64,000 bases of DNA, from the NCBI GenBank assembly GCA_016707895.1, contig JADJGV010000034.1, positions 757,625 to 821,624 on the forward strand, read 5' to 3'. Both the position numbers and the translations under genes were made by a program. Below are positions 45,399 through 55,819 of the stretch, in pieces. Within the stretch, counting starts at the first letter, position 1. Each line of letters starts with the position of its first letter. The notes under the pieces were generated by a model. The model ran no database searches, was not told the DNA's origin, and was given only the letters and a program-made list of their open reading frames with translations. Source of the DNA: Myxococcales bacterium (GTDB lineage Bacteria > Myxococcota_A > Polyangia > Haliangiales > Haliangiaceae).

Positions 45399-46744
45399 GG
45401 CGCGCCGCGGTGGTGGCGCTGGTCGCCGGCGGTTGCGGCGGCGCCACCGGCACGATCGGCCTCGAGCTGGTCACCGCGCCGGGCTCGACGGTGCTGGCCG
45501 ACGTGGCGCGGGCGCGGCTGACGCTGTCGTCGCCGCCGACCGTGGTCGACGCCACCCGCGGCCCCGACGGCAAGTTCCACCTCGCGATCGACGTGGTCGC
45601 CGAGGGCCCGTCCGGCACGCTGACCTTCGAGGGCTGGGACGCCGGCGACGCGCTGATCGCGATCGGCCGCACGCCCGCGCTGCCGATCGCGGCGATCGAC
45701 GCCGAGGTCGCGATCTACGTGGCCGCGCCCGACAGCCTGGCCGCGGCGCCGGTCGCGCTCGATCCGCCGCGCACCGCGGTCGGCAGCGCCGCGTACCCGT
45801 TCGGCGTGCTGGTGGCCGGCGGCCGCGATGGCGCCGGCGCGGCCTCCGACGCGGTCGCCATCTACAACGTCTTCACCCACGCGTGGCAGGTCGGCGTCGA
45901 TCTGCCGGCGCCGCGGGTCGCGCCGACGATCGGCGCCAGCGCGCTGGGCTACGCCTACGTGCTCGGCGGCGACGACGCCAGCGGCGCGCCGACCGGCACG
46001 CTGTGGCGCTACGACACCACCGTCGCGCCGGCCGGCGCGGTGCTGGCGCTGACCGATGCGCCGACCCTGGCGCGCACCGCGGCGCCGATCGCGCTGGTGC
46101 GCAGCGAGGGCTTCATCGTCGGCGGCGCGCCGCCGGCGGTGATCGACGGCCTGACCCGCACCCTGACCGCGGCGCCCAGCCTGCCGCCGCTGGCCGGCGC
46201 CGCGGCGTCGGTGGTGGTGTCGGCCGGCGGCGCCGACGCGCTGTACGCGGTGTTCATCGGCGAGGGCAGCGGCGCCAGCGGCGTCGTGCGGTTCGCGGCC
46301 GACGGCGCCACCGACGAGGCCAGCGCCCCGGCCAGCGCCCGCCGCACCGGCCACGGCGCGGTCGCGCTCGGCGACGGCCGGGTGATCGTCATCGGCGGCG
46401 CGGTCGGCGGCGCGCCGGTCGGCAGCGCGATCGTCGCCAGCCCGGCCAGCCACCTCTACGTCGAGCAGCCCGCGGTCCTCGCCACCCCGCGCGCCGGCGC
46501 CGCGATCGCCGCGGCGGGCGGCGTGCTGGTGGTGGCCGGCGGCACTGACGCCAGCGGCGCGATCGTGCCGACCGCCGAGATCCTCGATCTGACCACGCTC
46601 GCGCATCGCACCACCGTGCCGATGGTCGTGCCGCGCACCGGCGCCGTCGCCCGCCCGCTCGCCGACGGCCAGGTGATGATCGTCGGCGGCACCGACGCCG
46701 CCGGCCAGCCGGTCGGCGTGGTCGAGTTGTTCACGCCGCGCTGA
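45395..46744 (+). CDS. Kelch/beta-propeller repeat lipoprotein
   Basis: GTG 45395 overlaps the yggU stop. Lipobox LVAGGCGG. Repeated G-G motifs with Y/W and VGG blades are present (AYVLGGDD, GFIVGG, VIVIGG, VMIVGGTD). Confidence 0.6.
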   Translation: MRRAAVVALVAGGCGGATGTIGLELVTAPGSTVLADVARARLTLSSPPTVVDATRGPDGKFHLAIDVVAEGPSGTLTFEGWDAGDALIAIGRTPALPIAAIDAEVAIYVAAPDSLAAAPVALDPPRTAVGSAAYPFGVLVAGGRDGAGAASDAVAIYNVFTHAWQVGVDLPAPRVAPTIGASALGYAYVLGGDDASGAPTGTLWRYDTTVAPAGAVLALTDAPTLARTAAPIALVRSEGFIVGGAPPAVIDGLTRTLTAAPSLPPLAGAAASVVVSAGGADALYAVFIGEGSGASGVVRFAADGATDEASAPASARRTGHGAVALGDGRVIVIGGAVGGAPVGSAIVASPASHLYVEQPAVLATPRAGAAIAAAGGVLVVAGGTDASGAIVPTAEILDLTTLAHRTTVPMVVPRTGAVARPLADGQVMIVGGTDAAGQPVGVVELFTPR

Positions 46745-46758
46745 GGCGCGATCGGGAG

Positions 46759-46818
46759 CCCGATCCCGATCCCGATCCCGATCCCGATCCCGATCCCGAT
46801 CCCGATCCCGATCCCGAT
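46759..46818. repeat. Hexanucleotide microsatellite (CCCGAT)10
   Basis: Ten perfect CCCGAT units lie between two convergent genes, which end at 46744 (+) and 46843 (-). Confidence 0.92.
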
Positions 46819-46842
46819 CCCGTCTCCGTCCCCGCTCCCTCG

Positions 46843-47628
46843 CTACGCCCACTCGACCGAGCGCATCGACAGTGAGCCCATCGTCCAGCCGGTGACCGGG
46901 TAGCGCGGCGGCGGCAGCGCGTCGCCGTGGGCGGCGGCGCCGGCCGCGACGAGCAGCGGCGCGAGGTGTTCGACCGACGGGTGGGCGTCGCGCAGCGCGG
47001 GCGCGTCGTCGAGCACGCGGCCGAGCGCGGCCAGGTCGCCGCGGTCCAGCGCCGCGGTGGCCCAGGCCTCGAACGCCACGGCCCACGGCGGCGGCGCGGC
47101 GGCGGCGCTGTCCCAGTCGAGCCGGCCGAGGTTGTGCACCAGGCCGCCCGAGCCGAGCACCAGCACGCCGTCGGCGGCCAGCGGCGCCAGCGCGCGGCCG
47201 AGCGCGAGCCAGCCGGCCGGGCCGGTGCGCAGCGGCAGCGCCACCTGCACCACCGGCAGGTCGGCGGCCGGGAACATCTTGAGCAGCGGCACCCACACGC
47301 CGTGATCGAGCGCGCGGGTCGGCTCGGCCTTGGCGCCGGTGAGCTCGCGCACCTGGGCGGCGAGCGCGGGCGCGCCCGGCGCCGGGTAGCGCACGTCGCG
47401 CAGCGCCGGATCGAAGCCGCCGAAGTCGTAGGACAGCGGCGCGCGGGCCTCGACGCCGGTGCGCGCGATCGCCGACACCCAGTGCGCCGACACGATCGCG
47501 ACGCCGCGCGGCGGGGCCTCGGCGCGCAGGCGCGCGCCCCACGCCGCCAGCGCCGCGGCGAAGCCGCCAACTTCGAGCGCCAGGTTCGGCGCGCCGTGGC
47601 TGATGAAACCGACCGGGATGCGGGCCAT
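46843..47628 (-). CDS. Class III extradiol ring-cleavage dioxygenase (LigB/DODA-like)
   Basis: IPVGFISHGAPNLALE ... VAIVSAHW ... GSGGLVHN match the conserved His ligands and fold of 4,5-DOPA-dioxygenase-like enzymes. The start is ATG 47628. Confidence 0.75.
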   Translation of the reverse strand: MARIPVGFISHGAPNLALEVGGFAAALAAWGARLRAEAPPRGVAIVSAHWVSAIARTGVEARAPLSYDFGGFDPALRDVRYPAPGAPALAAQVRELTGAKAEPTRALDHGVWVPLLKMFPAADLPVVQVALPLRTGPAGWLALGRALAPLAADGVLVLGSGGLVHNLGRLDWDSAAAAPPPWAVAFEAWATAALDRGDLAALGRVLDDAPALRDAHPSVEHLAPLLVAAGAAAHGDALPPPRYPVTGWTMGSLSMRSVEWA

Positions 47629-47693
47629 GCAGGCAGCGTGGGGCCGCGCCGCGCCGCGGCCAAGCCCGGCCGCTGGGACAGTCCGTGCCGCCG

Positions 47694-49282
<1,589 letters not shown>

Positions 49283-49337
49283 TGGCGGCGCAATCTACGC
49301 GCCTGGCCGGCCGGCGCCAATGGTATAGGCTGTCCCC

Positions 49338-49710
49338 GTGGACGATCGCACGCCGCTGACCATCGCCGAGGCCGAGGCCATGCTGGACGGGTTGCCGCTG
49401 GTGGCGGCGATGGGGGGCGGGATGAACGACATCAAGGCGGTCCGGGAGAAGTGCCTGGCCGCCGGCATCCCGGTGCTGATGGGGTGCCCCGGCGGCGGCA
49501 GGGGTTGAGGCACCAAGACGCACCTCCTGGTCGAGGAGGACGACGTGCCGGCCATCGCGGCGCTGCTGGCTGACGACTGGCAGGCCTCGCTGGCCCGCGA
49601 AGGCGTGGCGCCGGTGGCCCCCACCGACGCGGCCGCGTGCCCGGCGTGCGGCGCGACCGACGAGCTGACCGCCGACGGTGAGTGCCCGGGCTGCGGCCTG
49701 GTGCTCGGCT
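49338..49710 (+). pseudogene. Small ORF interrupted by an in-frame TGA; C-terminal zinc-ribbon-like CxxC pairs
   Basis: The reading frame starting at GTG 49338 (VDDRTPLTIAEAEAMLDGLPLVAAMGGGMNDIKAVREKCLAAGIPVLMGCPGGGRG) hits TGA at 49506 and then continues in the same frame (GTKTHLLVEEDDVPAIAALLADDWQASLAREGVAPVAPTDAAACPACGATDELTADGECPGCGLVLG) to TAG at 49708. It lies in a 680-bp gap between prfC and the NHL gene. Confidence 0.3.
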
Positions 49711-49960
49711 AGTCCGCGAGCCGCGGCGCGACGGCGCCGACCTCGAGACGCCGCCGGCGTGCTCGGCGACCTGCGCGTTCGACGTCGCGCGCGCTTTGCA
49801 CGGTTCGCGGAGCGCGGCGCATGCGGTGCTGGCGACGACCGCGCGGCCGCCGCCTGGACCCGCTGGACGCGGCCGGCCCGGGCACGGGAGATGCAGTCTC
49901 CGACGGCGCGGGCCGCCGGCCTCCGCACCGCGGACACGCGGCCCGTCGATCGGAGGCCCC

Positions 49961-51118
49961 ATGTTGCGGCTGCGGACCCTCGCGCTCACGATGCTGGTGG
50001 CGGCGGCGTGCACCGGGACGACCAGCGGTGGCGACGACGCCGCGGTCGACGGCGCCATCCCGCCGATCGACGCCGCGGGAGACATCGACGCGGCGATCGA
50101 CGCGGCGATCGACGCGGCGATCGACGCAGCCGTCGACGCCCCGCTCGCGCCGTGCGACATGCCGGCGATGGGCGAGGAGGTCGCGACGCTGGCCGGCTGC
50201 CCGAGCGCCGGCGCCGCCGACGGCGTGCGCGGCATGGCGCGGTTCGCCAACCCGGTCAACGTGCTGGCCGGCGACGGCGAGGTCTACGTCGCCGACTTCG
50301 ACAATGGGCGGATCCGCGCGGTCGCGCCCGACGGCGCCACCCGCACGCTGGTGATGGCGAGCAACTTCCGGCGGCCGTTCGGCCTGGCGCTGCACGCCGG
50401 CGTGCTCTACGTGTCGACCGACGACAACGATCTGGGCGCGCACTCGAGCACGACCGGCACGGTGTGGCGGGTCGACCTGGCGTCGGGTGCGGCGACCGTC
50501 GTCGCCCGCGATCTCGGGCGACCGCGCGGCCTGGCGGCGCTGCCCGATGGGCGGCTGGTGCTCTCCGACTACGTCCACCACACGGTGTCGCTGTTGACGC
50601 CGACCACCGGCGAGGTGGTGGTGCTGGCCGGCGCGCGCGATCAGCCCGGCTACGCCGACGGCCGCGGCGCCGCGGCGCGGTTCGACGGCGCCTACGGCGT
50701 GGCGCTGCTCGCCGACGGCCGGATCGCGGTCGCTGACTACAACAACCACCGCCTCCGCGCGATCACGCTGGCCGGCGACGTCACGACCTTGGCCGGCACC
50801 GGCGCCCGCGGCCGCGCCGACGGCCTCGCTGCGTCGGCGAGCTTCGGCTCCCCGCAGGCGCTGGCCACCGACGCCGCCGGCCGCCTGTACGTCAGCGACA
50901 CCGACAGCTTCACCGTGCGGGTGCTGGCCGACGGCGCCGTCGCGACGGTCGCGGGCGCGGGCACCGGCGGCTGGCTCGACGGGCCGCGCCTGACCGCGCA
51001 GTTCTGGGGCCTCGAGGGCCTGGCGGTCGCCGCCGACGGCCGCACGCTGTGGGTCGCCGACGGCAGCCGCGGCGAGGACGTGCCGTACCACCGGGTGCGA
51101 CGGGTCGAGCTGCCGTGA
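49961..51118 (+). CDS. NHL-repeat beta-propeller lipoprotein
   Basis: GGAGG lies 4 nt upstream of ATG 49961. Lipobox LVAAACTG. A DAAIDAAIDAAIDAAVDA linker is encoded by a 12-bp tandem repeat. Six NHL-like blades are present (VYVADFDNGRIR, LYVSTDD, LVLSDYVHHTV, IAVADYNNHRLR, LYVSDTDSFTV, LWVADG). Confidence 0.7.
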   Translation: MLRLRTLALTMLVAAACTGTTSGGDDAAVDGAIPPIDAAGDIDAAIDAAIDAAIDAAVDAPLAPCDMPAMGEEVATLAGCPSAGAADGVRGMARFANPVNVLAGDGEVYVADFDNGRIRAVAPDGATRTLVMASNFRRPFGLALHAGVLYVSTDDNDLGAHSSTTGTVWRVDLASGAATVVARDLGRPRGLAALPDGRLVLSDYVHHTVSLLTPTTGEVVVLAGARDQPGYADGRGAAARFDGAYGVALLADGRIAVADYNNHRLRAITLAGDVTTLAGTGARGRADGLAASASFGSPQALATDAAGRLYVSDTDSFTVRVLADGAVATVAGAGTGGWLDGPRLTAQFWGLEGLAVAADGRTLWVADGSRGEDVPYHRVRRVELP

Positions 51119-51166
51119 ACCTTCGCGCGTATCGAGCGCCGGGGCGCTGCGCTACCATCGCCGCCA

Positions 51167-53524
51167 ATGCGCACGGCGATGTCCCTCGGCTTGCTCCTCG
51201 CGCTCGGCCTGGCCGGCTGCGGCGGCTGTGACAACACCAGCGGCGGGGGCGTCGACGGCGCCGATGGGACCGGCTTGTGCGGCGGCGTGGCATGCACGGC
51301 GGAGCAGGCGTGCCGCTACGACACCTGCGTGCCGACGCCGAGCGCGTGCGTCGATGGTCGCTGCCCCGGCGACCTGCGCTGCGACACCCCCGCGAACGAG
51401 TGCCTGCCGTGGGGCGTCGGCCCCGGCGGCACGTTCGACACCGCGTGCGTCCGCGAGGTCGTGCCCGGCGTGTTCTTCCCCGGCGTGCAGTGCGAGTGGC
51501 TGGGCCCGCCCGCCGGCGATCCGTTCCCCGATCACAAGAACGTGCTCGGCTCGCCGATGGTGGCCGATCTCGGGCTCGGGGCCGGCGAGTTCACCAGCCC
51601 GTCGATCGTCTTCATCTCGTACAACTTCACCGACGGCGGCGCCGAGTCGTGCGCCGGCAGCAACCCGGCGTACTTCGGCGTGCTGCGCATCATCGACGGC
51701 GCCACCTGCGGCCAGTTGGCCAGCCTGCCCAACCCGATCATCGCGGCGCAGTCGGTGGCGATCGCCGATCTCGGCGGCGTCGATCGCAAGCCAGAGATCG
51801 TCGCGGCCCGCCAGGACGGCGGGCTGATCGCGTTCACCCGCTCGGCGGCCGGCGCCTGGGGCGTCTTGTGGTCGTCGGCCGACACCTACGGCGACGCGTT
51901 CTGCAACTGGACCGGCCTGTCGATCCACGATCTCGACGACGACGGCGTGCCCGAGATCATGTACCAGGGCGCGGTCTACTCGGCGGCCGGCGTGCTGCTC
52001 AACACGCCGATCGTGCCGACGACGCTCGAGCCGCGCTCGACCGGCTACATCCCGGTGATCGCCGACGTCGACAACGACGGCGCGCCCGAGTTGGTGGCGG
52101 GCCCGCAGATCTACGACTGGGATCGCACCACCACCGAGTGGGTGCCGGCCCAGGCCATCGGCGGGGTCGGCGGGCGGGTCGCGGTGGCCGACCTCGGCAC
52201 CTTCGGCGCCGCCGCCGGCGCCGACGATCGCGGCGCGCTCGACGGCCAGGCCGAGGTGGTGGTGGTCAACGCCGGCCTGGTCCACGCCTACACGCTGACC
52301 GGGCGCGAGGTGTTCACCGGCGCGCTGCAGGGCACGCCGGCCGGCAACGGCGGCCCGCCGACCCTGGCCGACTTCGACGGCGACGGCCGCGTCGAGATCG
52401 CGTCGGCCGGCGGCTCGGCCTACACCGTGTTCGATCCCGATTGCGTCACCGGCGCCGCTGCGGCGGTGTGTGCCAGCGGCCGCGCCGACGGCATCCTGTG
52501 GACCCAGCCGTCGCAGGACCTGTCGTCGAACGTGACCGGCTCGTCGGTGTTCGACTTCGAGGGCGACGGCCGCGCCGAGGTGGTCTACGCCGACGAGTGC
52601 TTCACCCGGGTCTACGACGGCACCAGCGGCCAGGTGGTGTACTCGCGGTTCCGCCGCTCGTGCACCTGGTACGAGAACCCGATCGTCGCCGACGTCGACG
52701 CCGACTTCAACGCCGAGATCGTCGTGCCGTCCAACACCAACTGCAACGTCACCTGCCCGGCGCTCGATCCGATCTTCGACGGCGTGCAGTGCCTGGACAA
52801 CTCCGACTGCCCGGCCAGCGCGCCGTGCGGCCGCGACGCGGCGACCGACACGCTGGGCAAGTGCCGCTGCACCGTCGACGCCGACTGCGGTGGCGACAAC
52901 TTCGTGTGCCGCGACCCGATCGCCGGCCCGGCCGCCGCTGGCAAGGTGTGCCGCGCCGAGAACCCCGGCCCGGGCACGGCGTTCGGCGTGCGGGTGATCG
53001 CCGATCGCGTCGACCGCTGGGTGGGGACCCGGCCGATCTGGAACCAGCACGCGTACAGCGTCACCAACGTCGACGACAACGGCGTCGTGCCGCGGACGTC
53101 GCAGTGGCTGCGCAACTGGACCCAGCCCAACCTCAACAACTTCCGCCAGAACAGCCCGGGCAGCGGGCTCGGCGCCGGCGCGTCGCCGGATCTCACCGCC
53201 CATGCCGCGACGATCACCTGCATCGCCGGCGGCGCCCGGGTCACGGTCAACGTGTGCAACCGCGGCACCGAGCCGGTGGCCCGCGGCCTGACGGTGTCGG
53301 TCTACGGCGGCAGCCCGCCGGGCGCGCTCGGCTGTCAGGCCCAGACCATCGGCACGCTGGTGCCGGGGACCTGCCAGGACGTCAGCTGCGACTGGCCCGC
53401 GGCCGGCAGCGTCGGCACGGTGATCGTCGACGATCGCGGCATGCAGGTGGGGGCGAACCTGGAGTGCCGCGAGGACAACAACACGCTGGTGCTGACCGGC
53501 ATCAACTGCCCGGTTGGGCCGTAG
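51167..53524 (+). CDS. FG-GAP/VCBS repeat-containing secreted lipoprotein (integrin-alpha-like propeller) with a Cys-rich C-terminal region
   Basis: Lipobox LALGLAGCGGC. Multiple FG-GAP-type repeats with DxDxDG calcium-binding-like motifs (DLDDDGVPE, DVDNDGAPE, DFDGDGRVE, DFEGDGRAE). There are about 35 Cys. Confidence 0.75.
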   Translation: MRTAMSLGLLLALGLAGCGGCDNTSGGGVDGADGTGLCGGVACTAEQACRYDTCVPTPSACVDGRCPGDLRCDTPANECLPWGVGPGGTFDTACVREVVPGVFFPGVQCEWLGPPAGDPFPDHKNVLGSPMVADLGLGAGEFTSPSIVFISYNFTDGGAESCAGSNPAYFGVLRIIDGATCGQLASLPNPIIAAQSVAIADLGGVDRKPEIVAARQDGGLIAFTRSAAGAWGVLWSSADTYGDAFCNWTGLSIHDLDDDGVPEIMYQGAVYSAAGVLLNTPIVPTTLEPRSTGYIPVIADVDNDGAPELVAGPQIYDWDRTTTEWVPAQAIGGVGGRVAVADLGTFGAAAGADDRGALDGQAEVVVVNAGLVHAYTLTGREVFTGALQGTPAGNGGPPTLADFDGDGRVEIASAGGSAYTVFDPDCVTGAAAAVCASGRADGILWTQPSQDLSSNVTGSSVFDFEGDGRAEVVYADECFTRVYDGTSGQVVYSRFRRSCTWYENPIVADVDADFNAEIVVPSNTNCNVTCPALDPIFDGVQCLDNSDCPASAPCGRDAATDTLGKCRCTVDADCGGDNFVCRDPIAGPAAAGKVCRAENPGPGTAFGVRVIADRVDRWVGTRPIWNQHAYSVTNVDDNGVVPRTSQWLRNWTQPNLNNFRQNSPGSGLGAGASPDLTAHAATITCIAGGARVTVNVCNRGTEPVARGLTVSVYGGSPPGALGCQAQTIGTLVPGTCQDVSCDWPAAGSVGTVIVDDRGMQVGANLECREDNNTLVLTGINCPVGP

Positions 53525-53545
53525 GGACCGCAACGCACCCGCGCC

Positions 53546-54856
53546 TTAGCGGCCACCCGCCTTTGCGGATCCCCGCGTTCTCCTGGCCGGTGGGGCCTGG
53601 GATCGGCGGCGCTTGCGTGCCGCCGGCGGCGTCCTGACTTCGGCGCCCGCCTGAGCCGGAGCCGCCGCGACCTCGCCGCCAGCATGCGGCGGCGCCACCG
53701 CTTGTTCGCCTTCCACGTGGGATGGCGGCGCCCCGTACGGCCGCCCATCGGCGTGCACGAACCGCAGCTTGCCGGGCGCAGTGCCGACGATCTGTAGCCG
53801 ACCATCGTGCGCCGCCTTGTGGTGCGCCGAGCAAAGCGCCGTCAGCTTGGTCGGCGTGTGATCGCCTCCCTCCACCCGCGGCACGATGTGGTGCACGTCG
53901 ACGTACCGCGCGTTGCGGCACCCCGGCACGACGCACCGCCCGCGATCCCGCCGCAGCACGGCGCGCCGGGTCCGCGGCGGGATCGTCTTGGTCACCCGCG
54001 CGGGCTCGTCACCGTCGACCCGCCCGAGGAGCTCGGCGTCGCACGACGCCTGCGCCAGCTCCGTTTCACTGATCTCGATCGTGTGCCCGGCCACGTCCTG
54101 CCAAGCGCGGAGGCAGTCGGGGCACCGCGTGATCGCGATCTGATACATGGGCCTGGACGCCGCCGCGGCATCTCCCGCGTGGGATCCCGCCGCGGCATCT
54201 CCCACGTGGGAGCCCGCGCCGGGCAGCTGGCCATCGCACAAGGTCGCGAGCAGGTCGCCATCGGTGAGCGGGTGCCCGCACGCCGCCTCCAGCGCGCGCC
54301 GCGCCGCGGTGAACTTGCCCCGCACCGCCGCCGGCAGCAGCAGCCGCAGCTCGTGCAGGCGCGCGGCGGGGGCCGGCGGATCCTCCGGCGAGTCGCCCCG
54401 CCGCCGCCCGCTCACCATCTCCTCGATCTCCCGCACGGTGTGCTTGGCCGCCGCCGTCAGCCACGCCGCCTCGGTGTCGACCGTCGCGACCCGGGTCAGC
54501 TCGCGCGCGGCGCTGTACGCGACGTCGCCGGCGGACATCGCCGCCCGCAGCTTCGGCAGGACCGCGAGCGCGTCGGCCACCCGCAGCCGCTCCCGCGCCG
54601 GCCCCGGCGCGTAGCCCAGGATGCGCTCGACGTACTCGAAGAACGTCGCGAAGCCGAACTCGCGATGGACGCCGAGCGCCCGCGCGCGCCGCAGCCACGC
54701 GGCCTCCTCGACGTCGAGCGCCGCCCGCCGCCGCGCCAGCCCGCGCAACGTCCGGTCGACCTCGCGCCAGTCGTCCGCGGCCGCCGCGCCAGCCGCCGCC
54801 GCGGCGGCGGCCGCCGCCTCGCTCACCTTCAGTCCGCCCGCTGCACCGTCCACCAT
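53546..54856 (-). CDS. HNH endonuclease with an N-terminal DUF222 domain (13E12-repeat family)
   Basis: C-terminal HNH motif: CVVPGC ... VDVHHIVPRVEGGDHTPTKLTALCSAHHKAAHDG. The N-terminal DUF222-like helical region is present. The start was chosen at ATG 54856. The upstream part of the longer ORF, which reaches 55078, coincides with low-GC palindromic DNA. Confidence 0.7.
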   Translation of the reverse strand: MVDGAAGGLKVSEAAAAAAAAAGAAAADDWREVDRTLRGLARRRAALDVEEAAWLRRARALGVHREFGFATFFEYVERILGYAPGPARERLRVADALAVLPKLRAAMSAGDVAYSAARELTRVATVDTEAAWLTAAAKHTVREIEEMVSGRRRGDSPEDPPAPAARLHELRLLLPAAVRGKFTAARRALEAACGHPLTDGDLLATLCDGQLPGAGSHVGDAAAGSHAGDAAAASRPMYQIAITRCPDCLRAWQDVAGHTIEISETELAQASCDAELLGRVDGDEPARVTKTIPPRTRRAVLRRDRGRCVVPGCRNARYVDVHHIVPRVEGGDHTPTKLTALCSAHHKAAHDGRLQIVGTAPGKLRFVHADGRPYGAPPSHVEGEQAVAPPHAGGEVAAAPAQAGAEVRTPPAARKRRRSQAPPARRTRGSAKAGGR

Positions 54857-54904
54857 GCCCAGGCCCTCAGCAAGCCGCACGCCAGCCGTAACCCCGCGAC
54901 GCCT

Positions 54905-55010
54905 GGCGCCGCGTGTCCGAATCTCGGACATAATGGCCGGATTCGTCCGGTTTCGTCCGGCGTTCCGGCCATCCCCGGACAGCCGCGGGTGTCCGGCGCC
55001 GGACACCCCG
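54905..55010. promoter_or_regulatory. Palindromic operator-like sites upstream of the HNH gene
   Basis: TGTCCGAATCTCGGACA (54913..54929) and GTGTCCGGCGCCGGACAC (54988..55005) share TGTCCG/CGGACA half-sites. Between them lie direct TTCGTCCGG repeats. Local GC is lower than in the surroundings. Confidence 0.4.
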
Positions 55011-55144
55011 CAGCCCTCGCCGCCCCGATGCGCCCGGCGAAGCAGCCCGGCAGTGACCGGCATTGGGGTTGGCGCCAAGCGTTCGGCGTTGGCTTGGGCG
55101 ACCGCGACGGAGCGCCGAGCCGTGCTGCATCCGGAGCCGGCGGT

Positions 55145-55801
55145 TCAGCGGCGGGCGCGGACGTGGAGCGACTCGAACATCAGGCCGCGGGTGCGGGTCT
55201 GGTCGAGCTCGCGGCGGCGGTCGGGGCCGCCGCCGTCGATCGTCGCGGCGGAGGCGAGCTCGCGGCGGGCGTAGTCGGTCCAGACGCGGGGATCGTCGCG
55301 GCAGTCGTAGCGACGGCAGGTGGCGGGGCGGTGGGCGTAGGCGTCGCAGCCGGTGGCGCCGAGGTGGGCGCAGCGGCCGTCGGGGCCGTGGCGCAGGAGG
55401 TACGGGCGGCCGTGCTCCCAGCGCAGGATCCCCTCGTCGAGGTCCTGGCTGGAGAGCGCCACGTCGAACTCGCAGCAGCGCGCGCCGCAGATCGGCAAGA
55501 GCTCGAGGCACGGCGGACCGTCGTGGGGCGGCTCGGCGTACTTGTCGACGTCGTCGGCGATGACGACGCGGCCGGGCGCGTTGGCGTCGGCGAGCGCGAT
55601 CGCCGGGAGCAGCGCCGCGGCGCGGGCGTCGACGGCGGCCTCGGCGGCGGTGGGATCGGCGGTGGTCGCCGCGACCTGCTCTCCGAGCGCCACCACCCGC
55701 GCCGCCAGCGCGCGCAGATCGCCGCGCAGCTCCTCGAGCGCGAGCAACGTCGCGCGCACCGTCTGCAGCAGCTCGGCGGCGGTCAGCTCGGGCTCGGCCA
55801 T
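55145..55801 (-). CDS. YkgJ/UPF0153-type Cys-cluster protein (putative Zn/Fe-chelating domain)
   Basis: CLELLPICGARCCEF is a CxxCxxCC-like pattern. Further Cys residues follow (CAHLGATGCDAY ... CRRYDC). Confidence 0.5.
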   Translation of the reverse strand: MAEPELTAAELLQTVRATLLALEELRGDLRALAARVVALGEQVAATTADPTAAEAAVDARAAALLPAIALADANAPGRVVIADDVDKYAEPPHDGPPCLELLPICGARCCEFDVALSSQDLDEGILRWEHGRPYLLRHGPDGRCAHLGATGCDAYAHRPATCRRYDCRDDPRVWTDYARRELASAATIDGGGPDRRRELDQTRTRGLMFESLHVRARR

Positions 55802-55819
55802 CGCGGCGTCACGCTCCGC

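Noticed and set aside
46759-46818. (CCCGAT)10 as a phase-variation switch
   Set aside because: It lies between the 3' ends of two convergent genes, not in a promoter or reading frame.
49506-49508. In-frame TGA as a confident selenocysteine codon
   Set aside because: There is no recognisable SECIS-like hairpin, no CxxU or UxxC redox motif around it, and no sel genes in the window. It is kept only as a low-confidence finding.
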